Assembly (NCBI GenBank): GCA_017388175.1
Contig: JAFOTD010000017.1
Location: forward strand, 14,940-78,939
DNA: 64,000 nt
Reading direction: 5' to 3'
Origin: Clostridia bacterium
GTDB lineage: Bacteria; Bacillota; Clostridia; Christensenellales; CAG-138
Shown here: piece after piece, positions 1 to 9,864 of the stretch
How the letters are laid out: each line of letters begins with the position of its first letter
How positions within the stretch are numbered: the first letter of the stretch is position 1
Notes under the pieces: model-generated
Seen by the model: only the letters and a program-made list of their open reading frames with translations
Databases searched by the model: none
What the model was told of the DNA's origin: nothing
Position numbers and translations under genes: made by a program

Positions 1-760
1 CGTCGATCGTCGCGCCGAAATCGAGCACGTCGCGGATCTGCTTCGTTCCGTCCGGCATAACCATTTCTTCCTTGTGCAGCGTGCCGACGGTTACCATGAT
101 GCTGTTGGTTCCGTAATTGTTCAGATGATGATAGACGGCCGGGCCTTTGATGCTGCCGAGATTGGACAGCAGGACCGTGCTGTAATTGGAATCGCCCTCC
201 TTGAGCGATTTGGGAACTCTGCCGAAGAAATCAAGGCAGCGTATGATTTTAAACACGAACATCAGAAGCGGCCGCGGGATCTTGGCAAAAGCGTCGACCG
301 TCGCGTCGATGCCGCCCGTCGAATGCTCGGACTTGCGTGCTTCGCGCACGTCGCCGTAGATCTGATGGCTGATCTCGTCGATCGTGTCGGTATCCTTCGG
401 CGAGATCTGCATAAATGCCTCTTCCGCATCATCGGCAAAGCGGCGCTTCGCCATGAACGAGAAGCTCATCGTATCCCGCTCGTACATGCGTCTGCCCTGC
501 ACGTACCGGTTCATTTTCGGACGTTCTTTGATCATCCGCGCAAGCGCTAAAACGAAGCAGTGGAACACCGTCGTTTTGTAGTTGTCGTGTTCGGCGTTCT
601 TCTTCTCGATAAATCTGACCAGCTCCGTTGCGTCGATCTTGTCGGAAAGGTATACTTCGCTTTCCGTCCGCTTCGGCATCAGGTGCAGCATGATCGTCGT
701 CAACCCCGACACGTCCTTGATGTATCTCGCACCCGGACGGTCACCCCATTTCCGTTTCAC
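1..760 (-). CDS. CAT / 2-oxoacid dehydrogenase E2-like acyltransferase family protein (C-terminus runs off window)
   Basis: Absent from the ORF track because there is no stop in the window. Manual minus-strand translation from GTG at 758-760 (GGGGGA RBS upstream) is uninterrupted: VKRKWGDRPGARYIKDVSGLTTIMLHLMPKR...NYGTNSIMVTVGTLHKEEMVMPDGTKQIRDVLDFGATID. This resembles stand-alone E2-catalytic-domain-like acyltransferases. The + strand ORFs listed here look like antisense shadows. Confidence 0.5.
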   Translation of the reverse strand, partial: MKRKWGDRPGARYIKDVSGLTTIMLHLMPKRTESEVYLSDKIDATELVRFIEKKNAEHDNYKTTVFHCFVLALARMIKERPKMNRYVQGRRMYERDTMSFSFMAKRRFADDAEEAFMQISPKDTDTIDEISHQIYGDVREARKSEHSTGGIDATVDAFAKIPRPLLMFVFKIIRCLDFFGRVPKSLKEGDSNYSTVLLSNLGSIKGPAVYHHLNNYGTNSIMVTVGTLHKEEMVMPDGTKQIRDVLDFGATID

Positions 761-826
761 TGTGATGGTCCCCCTTATTTTCTACCCCTTTATGTCGCGG
801 CCCAGGTTCAGCCCGGACTGCTGTAT

Positions 827-855
827 ATCATACCATATATGACAAAAACCGACAA
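827..855 (-). promoter_or_regulatory. sigma-A type promoter for the acyltransferase gene
   Basis: Minus strand reads TTGTCG-N17-TATGAT with TG just upstream of the -10 (extended -10), about 65 nt upstream of the GTG start. Confidence 0.4.
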
Positions 856-1000
856 GCCCAAAGATGCGGTTTTTGCATTTCTGCGGTTCGCGATTTCGGC
901 GTACCGCGTCATTCGACCATTTGTTTTTTTGCCGCAAGGCCGAGGGCCGTGATCGGCGCGCGGAAACGGTATTTCAGAACCGAGGCGCCTGTCACCTGTT

Positions 1001-1585
1001 TCAGTTATCTTCCTTCCCGTCGGCTTTCCGATCGGTGATGACCCGGTGCATGAAGACGTCGTTTTCATCCATCGGAATCGCATCGCAAAGCGCTTCCGAA
1101 AAGCACAGACAAACTGTTTTATCCTCGTTTCCCTTCAGAAAGCGGTCATAATAGCCTGCACCGTGCCCCAGCCGTCTGCCGTCGGGAGCGGCTGCGACGC
1201 ACGGAACGAGAATCAGGTCGAGTGCGTCCGCATCCGTCGTTTCCGAGCAATTCCGCGGCTCCGGTATACCGTACGCGCCGGGCTTCAGCTCCTCCATGCT
1301 CCGGATCCGAACCGCGAGCATCTCCGTTTTCGAAATGCACTTCGGTACGTAAACCGACTTCCCCCGGGCGAGCGCATGCTCGATAATGCGGCTTGTGTCC
1401 GGTTCCGTGGGCATCGAAATAAACAGAAAAATCCTTTGTGCGCGCAAGTAAGCGTCGGATGCAAGAACCTGCCCGCAGATGCTTTCACTCGCCGCCGCAC
1501 GTTCCGATTCCGGCATCGTTTTAAGCTTTGCGGCGATCCTTCTTCGGATTTGTGCCTTGTCATGAATTCCGATGATATCTTCCAT
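1001..1585 (-). CDS. 5-formyltetrahydrofolate cyclo-ligase (MTHFS)
   Basis: MEDIIGIHDKAQIRRRIAAKLKTM...RIFLFISMPTEPDTSRII...VYVPK...GAYGIPEP...DLILVPCVAAAPDGRRLGHGAGYYDRFL is the typical MTHFS layout. The ORF track starts at 1606; the internal ATG at 1585 has the better purine-rich upstream context. Confidence 0.85.
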   Translation of the reverse strand: MEDIIGIHDKAQIRRRIAAKLKTMPESERAAASESICGQVLASDAYLRAQRIFLFISMPTEPDTSRIIEHALARGKSVYVPKCISKTEMLAVRIRSMEELKPGAYGIPEPRNCSETTDADALDLILVPCVAAAPDGRRLGHGAGYYDRFLKGNEDKTVCLCFSEALCDAIPMDENDVFMHRVITDRKADGKEDN

Positions 1586-1788
1586 TTTCCCCGCTCTTCC
1601 TCTCATTTAATTAGATAACAGTATACCAAATCCATCTAAATCAGACAAGTAATAAAAAGGCCGCCGGATCAGAAATAAACGGCAGAAATCCTTTTACATC
1701 TGATATGCAATCGGAAACAGTTTCGGCAAAAAAGCTGAAAACTGCTCTTCCGATATGCTTATCGCTGCTCTTTTTCAATGTGTTTCTC

Positions 1789-1817
1789 TTGTTTTCCGTC
1801 CGTCGATTTGTTATAAT
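1789..1817 (+). promoter_or_regulatory. candidate promoter (TTGTTT-N17-TATAAT, TG-extended -10)
   Basis: cgatttgTTATAAT at 1808-1817 with TTGTTT 17 nt upstream. It sits upstream of the 1903/2041 ORF. Confidence 0.4.
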
Positions 1818-2040
1818 GCTATCGTTCTATTCAGGACGCATCGGGAGTAATCGCATTTAAACAGGTATCCGTTCAAAGCCTGTCAGAACTTGCTTATGAA
1901 AGATGAAAAGCAATATGGTCGAATCGCTCCAGCTTCTTTTTCATTGCGGGGTATTCGAACCGGATGATCTGATCAAGAATACGCTGGGAGCAGCGATCGG
2001 ATACGCGATCCGGAAAGATTCAGTCGAGGAGAAAAGACGT

Positions 2041-3192
2041 ATGCTGACTAATGATCAGAACTGTGTGCTTTCGCTGCTCCGGGAGAGCATGGGAGCGCCG
2101 TCCGTGTATTGCGAACCGGATAGTGCCGGTGCGCTTTGCGGAATCATTCTGCATAACGGGATTCTGTTGACGGTTTTTCCGACGGTGCGAAAAAAGGCCG
2201 AAGCGGGCAGCGGACTGATGCAGGAAGCGGAGGCCGAGCTTCGACCGCATTTTTATGCCGCGCTGAAACAATCGCTTCTGCAGGAACACGAGGGTATCAT
2301 GGTCCTCGGCGGGTTAAGGGACGCCGGATTTGATTGTATTCCTCTGAAAGGCTGGGAGATGCGGAATCTTTATCCGGACAAAGCGATGCGGCAGATGGCG
2401 GATTTAGACATTCTTGTTCAGCCGTATGAGCATAAAAGAATCAAGGCCGTTATGGAGGAATTGGGGTTTACGGGGGACGCGGAATCCTCATGGAAACATG
2501 ACTGCTTTAAAAAAGACGAAGTGACCGTGGAAACGCACAAACGGCTTACGGATGACAGCGGCGTGATCCAGCAGTGGGAGAGGGACGTGTGGAACAGAGC
2601 AAATCGTCGGGACGGCATTGTGCAGGCAATGTCCGACGAGGATTATTACATCTTTCACTTCGTACACCTGCATAAGGATTTCATGAACGGATCGCTTGGA
2701 CTGCGGCGGATAGCGGATACGTGGCTCCTGCAAAAACTGCCGGTGGATTCGGAGGCCGTCTTGCAGACGCTGACAAAAATGGGGCTTCAACGCTTCCACG
2801 AAAAGATGGTCGCATTGAGCCGTGCGGCGATGGGCGACACGAGCTTGGATGAAGGCGCGGAAATTATGCTTACGCACGCATGCAAATACGGTATCTACGG
2901 ATCGGAAAAGTCTTACAAATCGGGACGAATTGCTGCTATGGGAAACAGCGTCAGATCCGGAAAGATCAAGTCCCTGACCGCGGCTGTATTCCTCCCCTAC
3001 AAGCGCATGAAAGCACAGTTCCCGATTTTGAGGAAATGGCCGATCCTGCTGCCGTTTTGCTGGTGTAAGCGGATATTTAAGCTGATGCGGGGAAACGTCC
3101 GCAGAAAGCGTATCATGATGGATTACCGGAATATCAGCGAGGAAGACTACAACGAAATGAAGCGGTTCTTTGAGGCCGGAGGAGTTTTATAA
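2041..3192 (+). CDS. uncharacterised nucleotidyltransferase-family protein (NTP_transf_5-like)
   Basis: LGGLRDAGFDCIPLKGWEMRNLYPDKAMRQMADLDILVQPYEHKRIKAVMEELGF matches the core of the 'uncharacterised nucleotidyltransferase' family. The track ORF begins at 1903, but residues 1-46 look like a VanZ C-terminal remnant, so ATG 2041 (MLTNDQNCVLSLL) is preferred. Confidence 0.6.
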   Translation: MLTNDQNCVLSLLRESMGAPSVYCEPDSAGALCGIILHNGILLTVFPTVRKKAEAGSGLMQEAEAELRPHFYAALKQSLLQEHEGIMVLGGLRDAGFDCIPLKGWEMRNLYPDKAMRQMADLDILVQPYEHKRIKAVMEELGFTGDAESSWKHDCFKKDEVTVETHKRLTDDSGVIQQWERDVWNRANRRDGIVQAMSDEDYYIFHFVHLHKDFMNGSLGLRRIADTWLLQKLPVDSEAVLQTLTKMGLQRFHEKMVALSRAAMGDTSLDEGAEIMLTHACKYGIYGSEKSYKSGRIAAMGNSVRSGKIKSLTAAVFLPYKRMKAQFPILRKWPILLPFCWCKRIFKLMRGNVRRKRIMMDYRNISEEDYNEMKRFFEAGGVL

Positions 3193-3201
3193 AAGTATCG
3201 A

Positions 3202-3235
3202 AAACCCGGGATCGAAAAGATCCCGGGTTCTCTTT
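3202..3235. terminator. bidirectional intrinsic terminator between convergent genes
   Basis: Perfect 11-bp stem AACCCGGGATC-gaaaa-GATCCCGGGTT, flanked by an A-rich run on the left and a T-rich run on the right. Confidence 0.65.
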
Positions 3236-3257
3236 CGCCCGTTATTCGCGGAGTCGG

Positions 3258-4247
3258 TTACGATTGAAGATTCTTCTTATACCATTCGATCGCCGCGTCG
3301 ATCCCGCGTTCAAAGCTCCAATCGGGATCATAGCCGAGAAGGTGTTTTGCCTTGCTGATATCAGCGTTGCTGTGTTTGATATCGCCGGCTCGATCCGGTC
3401 CGAAGACAGGCTCAATTTCAACACCGAGCGCCTTGGTCAGCCCATAGTAAATATCTATCAGATACTCCCTTCCGCCATACGCAATGTTAAACACTTCGCC
3501 CGCGGCCTCACGAGGGGCGGCGCATGCCTTGAGATTAGCCTCAATAACATTTTCGATATACGTGAAGTCGCGGCTCTGCCGACCGTCTCCGTTGATCGTC
3601 GGCGCTTCCCCGTGAAGAAGTTGACGAATAAACTTCGGGATAACGGCCGCATACGCGCCGTCTGGATCCTGACGGCGGCCGAAGACGTTAAAGTAACGCA
3701 GGCCGTACGTATCAAGACCGTAGTGTCTCGTATATTGCTTTCCCCATTCTTCGTCACACCTCTTGCTCACGGCATACGGAGAGAGAAGTTCCCCTTCCCT
3801 TCCCTCTTTTTTCGGGAGGTTCGGCTCGTCTCCGTACACGGAGGAACTGGATGCATATACAAACTTCTTCACGCCGTTCCGCCGGGCTGCCTCCATCATA
3901 TTCAGCGTGCCCATGATATTGTTGACGCAGTAAAACAGCGGCATTTCGATAGAGCGCGGTACGCTTCCCCACGCCGCCTGATGGAGGACGTAGTCCGCTC
4001 CGCCGCACGCTTTCAGGCAGGTCTCCAAATCCTTGACGTCGCCTTTGATAAAGCTGAAGTTGGGATCGGCCAAAAACGGCTCTATATTCTCATAATGCCC
4101 TGTAGACAGGTCATCCAGACAACGCACCCTATAGCCGAGATTGAGGATCGCTTCACAAAGATTCGAACCGATAAACCCTGCCCCGCCGGTAACCAGGAAC
4201 AGACTGCCCTTTGGAAAACTGTCATTTGCGTAACCCATTTTCATCAC
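3258..4247 (-). CDS. SDR-family NAD-dependent nucleotide-sugar 4-epimerase (WbpP/TviC-like)
   Basis: LVTGGAGFIGSNL Rossmann motif, the SPYAVSK catalytic YxxxK, and an overall WbpP/TviC-like sequence. Codon 1 in the track is GTG; the ATGs at 4244 or 4238 are alternative starts. Confidence 0.85.
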   Translation of the reverse strand: MMKMGYANDSFPKGSLFLVTGGAGFIGSNLCEAILNLGYRVRCLDDLSTGHYENIEPFLADPNFSFIKGDVKDLETCLKACGGADYVLHQAAWGSVPRSIEMPLFYCVNNIMGTLNMMEAARRNGVKKFVYASSSSVYGDEPNLPKKEGREGELLSPYAVSKRCDEEWGKQYTRHYGLDTYGLRYFNVFGRRQDPDGAYAAVIPKFIRQLLHGEAPTINGDGRQSRDFTYIENVIEANLKACAAPREAAGEVFNIAYGGREYLIDIYYGLTKALGVEIEPVFGPDRAGDIKHSNADISKAKHLLGYDPDWSFERGIDAAIEWYKKNLQS

Positions 4248-4336
4248 CTTCCCTTTTCCAGAAATCGACGTCCTAAAGTCTGTTATCCCATATTTCGATG
4301 ATTCAATTACAATCTATCTTCTATTCTTCAATATTG

Positions 4337-5869
4337 TCAAGCTCTCTTTAACTTGCGTTTCAATAAGTCAATTAATTCATTGATCTCTGAGATCTTCAAC
4401 AATTTGACAGCAACTAAATACACTGCAATGCCAATCACTCCGGAAACGACCAAGGTCAGATACTTGTTGATCGGATAAAGCCAAAAGATGGTACGTGGCA
4501 AGAAGCAGGCAACCGCGGATGCGAGAAGCACCTTAACGATTGTTACGGTCATCCGCTTCCAATCCAGCTTTACATATTTCTTTGCTGCGACGATCCGAAA
4601 AAGAAACGTGATAATCGATGATAGAGAAGTAGCAAGCGCGAGACCGTTCACGCTCCATAGATGGATCAGAACAATATTCAGAATCACATTTATGACAAGA
4701 CTCGCAACACTGATAAGCATAGGTGTTTTCGTATCGCCATATCCATAAAACAGATCTGTTACGATCGTATTGGATGCGACAAAAAACAATCCCAAAGAGT
4801 AAAGCGCAAAGACGCCAGACGTCACTGCCGTGCTTGCTTTGGAAAAGGACCCCCGCTCGAAGACCACCGCTACCAGTTCTATTCGGAACAGAACGCAGGC
4901 AAGTGTCACAGGGATCATCAAAGCGGCAAATATGTCGATGATTTTTTCCAACAGACTGCTGAGTTCATCCTCTTTCTTCAACGCGATCAGCTCGATCATT
5001 TGCGGGTACAACGCTGTAGCGATCGCTGTAGAGAGCAGTCCGCTGAACACATTTATCAGCTTATGACCGTAATTCAGCGCCGAGATCGTTCCCTCTGGCA
5101 GCGTTGACGCCATCGCTTTGTCAATCAGCGTATTCAGCTGAACGACGCCTTCTGAAATCAGCGCCGACGGAAGCCTTTTCAAAAGAACGCCGAATTCATG
5201 CGTTTTGAATCGGAAGTCCGGTCTGTATCTGTATCCCCAGTTGACGAACGGAAGCTCAATCAGCAAGCGTACCGCGCCGCCGACAACGAGTGCAATCGCC
5301 ATTGCCTCAATGCCGAATCGTTTATAAAAGAAAATAGCCGCGAGAATTGTAGGAATATGAGATGCCACCTCGCGGATCTGACTGCCTAAAAACTTGTTGT
5401 TCGCCTGTAGAATCGATGCATAAATAGCCGCTGCAATTATGAAAAAATACATCGGCGCAGAGATGCGCACCAACTTGATGCAGAGTGCACGTGTCTCTCC
5501 CTCGAACCCCGGCGCAACCACCGAAACAATCGGTCCGGCAAGCAAAATCATTAGCCCGACAGCAAGAAAAGAAACGATCGAGAAGAACGTAATGACATGA
5601 TTGGTCAGCGCATCTGCTTCTTCCTTCAACCCATGCGTAATCTTTTCTTTGTACAATGGCAGAAAGACCTTCCAGATCCCGACACTGATCATCGGATAAA
5701 TGACCATCTGCACGCCGTTCACCATATAATAGGCGTCGCTCTGATAGGTCGTTCCGAGATAAGCTGCAAGGATCGCTTCCGCAATAAAAGATGTGAATTT
5801 CGCAAGTATCCCGACCAACGTAATGACTACCGTTCCGCGGAATACTTTCTTTCCGATGGTGTTATCCAT
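4337..5869 (-). CDS. MurJ/MviN-type MOP-superfamily flippase (probable repeat-unit flippase, Wzx role)
   Basis: 510-aa polytopic membrane protein. Its N-terminus FRGTVVITLVGILAKFTSFIAEAILAAYLGTTYQSDAYY is MurJ-like. Located inside the polysaccharide locus. Confidence 0.75.
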   Translation of the reverse strand: MDNTIGKKVFRGTVVITLVGILAKFTSFIAEAILAAYLGTTYQSDAYYMVNGVQMVIYPMISVGIWKVFLPLYKEKITHGLKEEADALTNHVITFFSIVSFLAVGLMILLAGPIVSVVAPGFEGETRALCIKLVRISAPMYFFIIAAAIYASILQANNKFLGSQIREVASHIPTILAAIFFYKRFGIEAMAIALVVGGAVRLLIELPFVNWGYRYRPDFRFKTHEFGVLLKRLPSALISEGVVQLNTLIDKAMASTLPEGTISALNYGHKLINVFSGLLSTAIATALYPQMIELIALKKEDELSSLLEKIIDIFAALMIPVTLACVLFRIELVAVVFERGSFSKASTAVTSGVFALYSLGLFFVASNTIVTDLFYGYGDTKTPMLISVASLVINVILNIVLIHLWSVNGLALATSLSSIITFLFRIVAAKKYVKLDWKRMTVTIVKVLLASAVACFLPRTIFWLYPINKYLTLVVSGVIGIAVYLVAVKLLKISEINELIDLLKRKLKRA

Positions 5870-6087
5870 GATTCTCTTTTAAAGACTTAGAGTCTCACTG
5901 AGTCGTTAGGGACACATAACTTTTTGAACGAGTTATTTATTGCAGCTCCGATTTTAATGCTGCGATCAGTACGTTGTTATGGATGCTCTGTAAGCAATGT
6001 ATCGAAGTTTGCTCTCATTTCATCTTTCTATTTCTCCGGTGGTTAGTATGGATTCACCGGACAGCAAAAGTCAAGTAGCTTTGGAAA

Positions 6088-6350
6088 TCACCAGTAACCA
6101 CTATATCGTTTATAATATACCGGATTGTTGATGTAAACAATCGGAGTCCGAATATTCAGCGGCCCAATGTAATCAACTAACTCCTGCCCCTTAAAACAGT
6201 TTACAATTATAATCCGAGAAAATCGTTTCTCATCAATTTGATGCAATATACGATCGATCAATGGAATTCCGTTTTCCTTGACCATGCATTTCGTATTATT
6301 CCGGGTTTATACTCGTAACCGTTTTCCCATCCCGGCTTCCATTATAATCG
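6088..6350 (-). pseudogene. decayed LicC-like sugar/phosphocholine nucleotidyltransferase remnant
   Basis: Minus strand reads ...ILLAIIMEAGMGKRLRV*, i.e. the G-x-G-x-R-L nucleotidyltransferase signature followed by a stop. After a shift it continues CMVKENGIPLIDRILHQIDEKRFSRIIIVNCFKGQELVDYI... and ends after 65 aa. This is far shorter than the roughly 230 aa expected. Confidence 0.6.
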
Positions 6351-6402
6351 CCAGCAATATCTCATATCTCCTTCTCGAAATGATTAACTAACTCCTCAAT
6401 AA

Positions 6403-7287
6403 TCAACATCGCGTATTGTGATTCTCTTCTATTCGCTCAAAATACTTTAGTCTCTTGACGGCATTCGTCACTTCTCGAATACGATCATTAAGCGGTGGAT
6501 ACTCCTTATAATTTCCGTAAGCCATTTGCAAATAACCATCATAATCCTTTGGAATTCTATATTCGCCAATAGTGGATTTTAAAAGCATTGTACCTGTTGC
6601 CATTTCAATCGGAATGAGATACTCATCCGCAAAGAAACCGGTTGGTACGACGTATCTGCTTTTTTCCAAAGGATACTTATGAATCAATCGTTCAAATACC
6701 ATATCCGTCTTTTTTCCGCTATATAGACCAAAGATTGCTTTAGCAGCTGCAAGTTTTAACGCTCTCTTCCATTTTCCACACGATTCTTCTTTAATTTTTA
6801 CCTTCTTTGTAAAGCGAATCCTAGCACAACGGATTAGTTTTTTACAAAACGTCTTTCGTTCTTTTTCATCATTCGGAGCTCCACAATAATAAAACACGTC
6901 CAAATGCACCGCTGCTGAGTTGTAACGCTTTGGGCATATACGCATGATATAACTTCGCCAACCCTCTGTCGTTTCCTGGCACATCGCATAATAGTCATCA
7001 GATAAATCTTGCTTCAATGCTCTAACCAGTTCCTCTCTTTGAGAAATTGGCACAAATGTGTCAATGTCGGAATCCCACGGAATGAACCCTCCATCGCGGA
7101 TAATTCCCAACAGGGAACCAAAAGTTACGTGATAATTGATACCATTTTTCTCGCATACTCTATGAAACTCTTTCAAAGTCTCCTGAAGAATGCTCTGGTA
7201 TTGTTGCAAATAATGATAATCTTCTTCAAAGTTTGTCGGACAAGTACTCGATTGAAGAACTTCTGCCAAGAATTCATTTGCTTTCAT
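6403..7287 (-). CDS. LicD-family phosphotransferase (phosphocholine / polyol-phosphate transferase)
   Basis: YHVTFGSLLGIIRDGGFIPWDSDIDTFVP carries the LicD DxD-type core, and the length is typical for the family. Confidence 0.8.
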   Translation of the reverse strand: MKANEFLAEVLQSSTCPTNFEEDYHYLQQYQSILQETLKEFHRVCEKNGINYHVTFGSLLGIIRDGGFIPWDSDIDTFVPISQREELVRALKQDLSDDYYAMCQETTEGWRSYIMRICPKRYNSAAVHLDVFYYCGAPNDEKERKTFCKKLIRCARIRFTKKVKIKEESCGKWKRALKLAAAKAIFGLYSGKKTDMVFERLIHKYPLEKSRYVVPTGFFADEYLIPIEMATGTMLLKSTIGEYRIPKDYDGYLQMAYGNYKEYPPLNDRIREVTNAVKRLKYFERIEENHNTRC

Positions 7288-7317
7288 TTTCTGTTCTCCA
7301 CATTTACCCTTTCATAA

Positions 7318-8532
7318 TTATCGTAGATAATTCCTGTATGATCCAAACCGTCCCCCATCAAGCGCGGCAGTTGCAAAGCATTGTTCCGAAATGACAAACA
7401 CAAATGTGATAATAACCCAGTATACCAATCGTCTCATGGAAAAACCCGCAAAATTATACATATACATGCTAATCAGTATCGGAAGCATGGCCAAATTACC
7501 TCTTGCAACAGTTCTGAACACTCTGATCGAAAGAATAACAAACGCAAAAAAGCCCAACAATCCAGAAGCGGCATAAATCTCCAAATAGGTATTATGAAGC
7601 TCTTGCAGTTCGCCAAGCTGCGTCAGTGTATGTTCACCTGGTCCCAAGCCAAAAACGGGGCTTTTTCGTAACACATTTCGGAATGATGACCAGATATAGA
7701 ATCTTCCGATACCGTTTGAATCGTCTGCGATCCACTCGTAAACCATTTGGTAAATCACCCTATAGAAAATCACTGCGATCAGCACGCCGGCTGCGATCTC
7801 CAACGTAATAATAATCGCTCGATTTCTTTTATGTTTCACTCTCTGAACGGTGACGATAACCAATAATACAAGCGATGCCAAAAAAATCGCGGCTAATCCC
7901 GTAGAAGACCTTGTCTGGGTCTCAAGATAAACGGTAATGCCGAAAAAGAGTGTGTTCAACAGGAAGCTTTTTCCCTGCAACGCCCTGCCGGAAAACCAAA
8001 AAGCGATCCCGCATAGCATAACAGCAACCTGATGCGGATTTGTTCCACCGCCAGAATACCTGAGATTATGATACCACAGCGGTGCTCCTAAGAACACTCG
8101 ACCGACCAATAACGAGTAACCGTACAGGAATAAATACCATAGGACGCAAAGTCTGCAGATTACATCAAACAGCTTGATGTTATATTCCAATGAATTCTTT
8201 CTGATCCTTTTGAGCAATACGCAGGAAATAAAAGCCAAATAGATCCATGTTGCCCAACCTTCCGTATTTAATTCCTCAGGTGCAACAACAATACACACGA
8301 GCGTACCGAGAAACATTCCGATCAGAAACAGAATGAAAAAACGAGCATGTTCATCCAACACCAGCCTTTTCATGCTGACATATCGCAACGCCCAAATCAA
8401 GCACAGCACTTCCGCCGGACCGATTTTCCAAATTCTCAAACCTGTCATCGGTGATAATACTGCCCCGAAGACTAATAATAAGTCCCATTTATTTAATTGT
8501 ATCTTCTCATGATTGCGAAATACGGCTCGCAT
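7318..8532 (-). CDS. O-antigen ligase/polymerase-like membrane protein (Wzy candidate)
   Basis: 404-aa polytopic membrane protein with the Wzy_C-like segment HNTYLEIYAASGLLGFFAFVIL. Confidence 0.7.
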   Translation of the reverse strand: MRAVFRNHEKIQLNKWDLLLVFGAVLSPMTGLRIWKIGPAEVLCLIWALRYVSMKRLVLDEHARFFILFLIGMFLGTLVCIVVAPEELNTEGWATWIYLAFISCVLLKRIRKNSLEYNIKLFDVICRLCVLWYLFLYGYSLLVGRVFLGAPLWYHNLRYSGGGTNPHQVAVMLCGIAFWFSGRALQGKSFLLNTLFFGITVYLETQTRSSTGLAAIFLASLVLLVIVTVQRVKHKRNRAIIITLEIAAGVLIAVIFYRVIYQMVYEWIADDSNGIGRFYIWSSFRNVLRKSPVFGLGPGEHTLTQLGELQELHNTYLEIYAASGLLGFFAFVILSIRVFRTVARGNLAMLPILISMYMYNFAGFSMRRLVYWVIITFVFVISEQCFATAALDGGRFGSYRNYLR

Positions 8533-8785
8533 AATCCTTTCATCCGATCACGAACTAGCAAATCCATCTATTGATTCGAAGCGCTAACTATGCGGATAGT
8601 TCTTAATGCTTAGGAATCTATCCCTTCAGATCGCTAAGCTCTCACGCTAATAAATCGGTCTGCCAACAGCCCTAATTGCCCCGCTCTTATTCGCAGCTCC
8701 GTCATCTGAGTAAAAAACCGCCCAAGATCAACAGAGTGTTCATCAAAGCAGAAGTACCGTTTCTTTGCTTTACATGAGAGATAGC

Positions 8786-9841
8786 TCAACCCTTACAAAC
8801 GAAATCACGATACATATTCTTGACGATTTCTTCTGATACGTTGAGCGGCTCTGAATGCCATATACATTCCCTGTCGAAATACCCTCCGGCTTCGTAAACC
8901 GCATGTTGATCGAATCCGTGACACATTTCAATGATCAATCCTTGTCCGGTTTTCTTATCGACAACAAAGTCAAAGCCCATACATTGGACACCGAGAGCGT
9001 CCGCAACACGAAATGCATCTTTTATAATTTGCTCTGTCATCAAATCCCGATCATAATAAAAATCCCCGCTCCCGGATGCTCTGAAATCCGCCTTCCTGGT
9101 ATGCCTGGCAAAATAACCGAGTTTATCACCGACAACGGCAACTTTAAGATCATATCCGTCATTTTCAACAAACTCCTGAAAATAGCAATAATCGCACTCA
9201 CGTCCGAGTCTCTTTGCGTGACTGCGCGCTTTGAGGAAGTTCGGAATCTTCTTAAATCTGGATACGAATGTTTTCCAGTCTCTCGTTGACTGTACCTTCG
9301 AATATGTTTTATAGATCAGACTCGGAGACGAATCATATCCTTTGGAGAACATTCTTTTACAATATGCAAGCGCCTGTTTTTTATCACGCAGGATCTTGAC
9401 ATTTGTTGATCCGGAACCGTTTTTCAGTTTCCCTACGATCGGATATGCTGCTTCATTTTTGAGCCACTCTTCACATTCCTTTTGACGATAGAAAACCCAA
9501 CTTTTGGGGATCGGCGCATTAACAGACTGAAAAGCATACATCTCGGCGATTTTATCGTCAAAATGCCATGCGGTATTATGGTCCGGATATACCTTCAGCC
9601 CCATCTTGGATGCGATATCCAGGATATGCTGTGCCTCTGTTTTGTCAGCAACCACGTAATGACTGTACCACCAAAAAATACCCGAATAATCGGATAGTTT
9701 TGAGATAATATCGGAAGAATAGCAATCTATCGATTCATACGGAATACCGTTTTTCTTCAGATAATCCGTAAAGTCCATTCCGTCCCCCGGACCTGTCCTT
9801 TTTTGTGAAAGCAAATTAATGCATATTCCCAAAGGTTTCAT
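8786..9841 (-). CDS. ATP-grasp domain enzyme
   Basis: YPIVGKLKNGSGSTNVKIL...FQEFVENDGYDLKVAVVGDKL...GVQCMGFDFVVDKKTGQGLIIEMCHGF is an ATP-grasp fold pattern. The track start at 9877 is TTG. ATG 9841 (MKPLGICINL) follows a GGAGG RBS at 8-nt spacing. Confidence 0.7.
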   Translation of the reverse strand: MKPLGICINLLSQKRTGPGDGMDFTDYLKKNGIPYESIDCYSSDIISKLSDYSGIFWWYSHYVVADKTEAQHILDIASKMGLKVYPDHNTAWHFDDKIAEMYAFQSVNAPIPKSWVFYRQKECEEWLKNEAAYPIVGKLKNGSGSTNVKILRDKKQALAYCKRMFSKGYDSSPSLIYKTYSKVQSTRDWKTFVSRFKKIPNFLKARSHAKRLGRECDYCYFQEFVENDGYDLKVAVVGDKLGYFARHTRKADFRASGSGDFYYDRDLMTEQIIKDAFRVADALGVQCMGFDFVVDKKTGQGLIIEMCHGFDQHAVYEAGGYFDRECIWHSEPLNVSEEIVKNMYRDFVCKG

Positions 9842-9864
9842 GGCTTTATCCTCCGCAGTCATTG

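Noticed and set aside
5935-5955. Short motif TTATTGCAGCTCCG in the 5870-6087 spacer resembling CTTATTCGCAGCTCCG in the 8533-8785 spacer (around 8686-8705), possibly cassette-junction repeats.
   Set aside because: The match is only about 14 nt with an indel, which could be chance in two AT-rich spacers. A proper repeat search would be needed.
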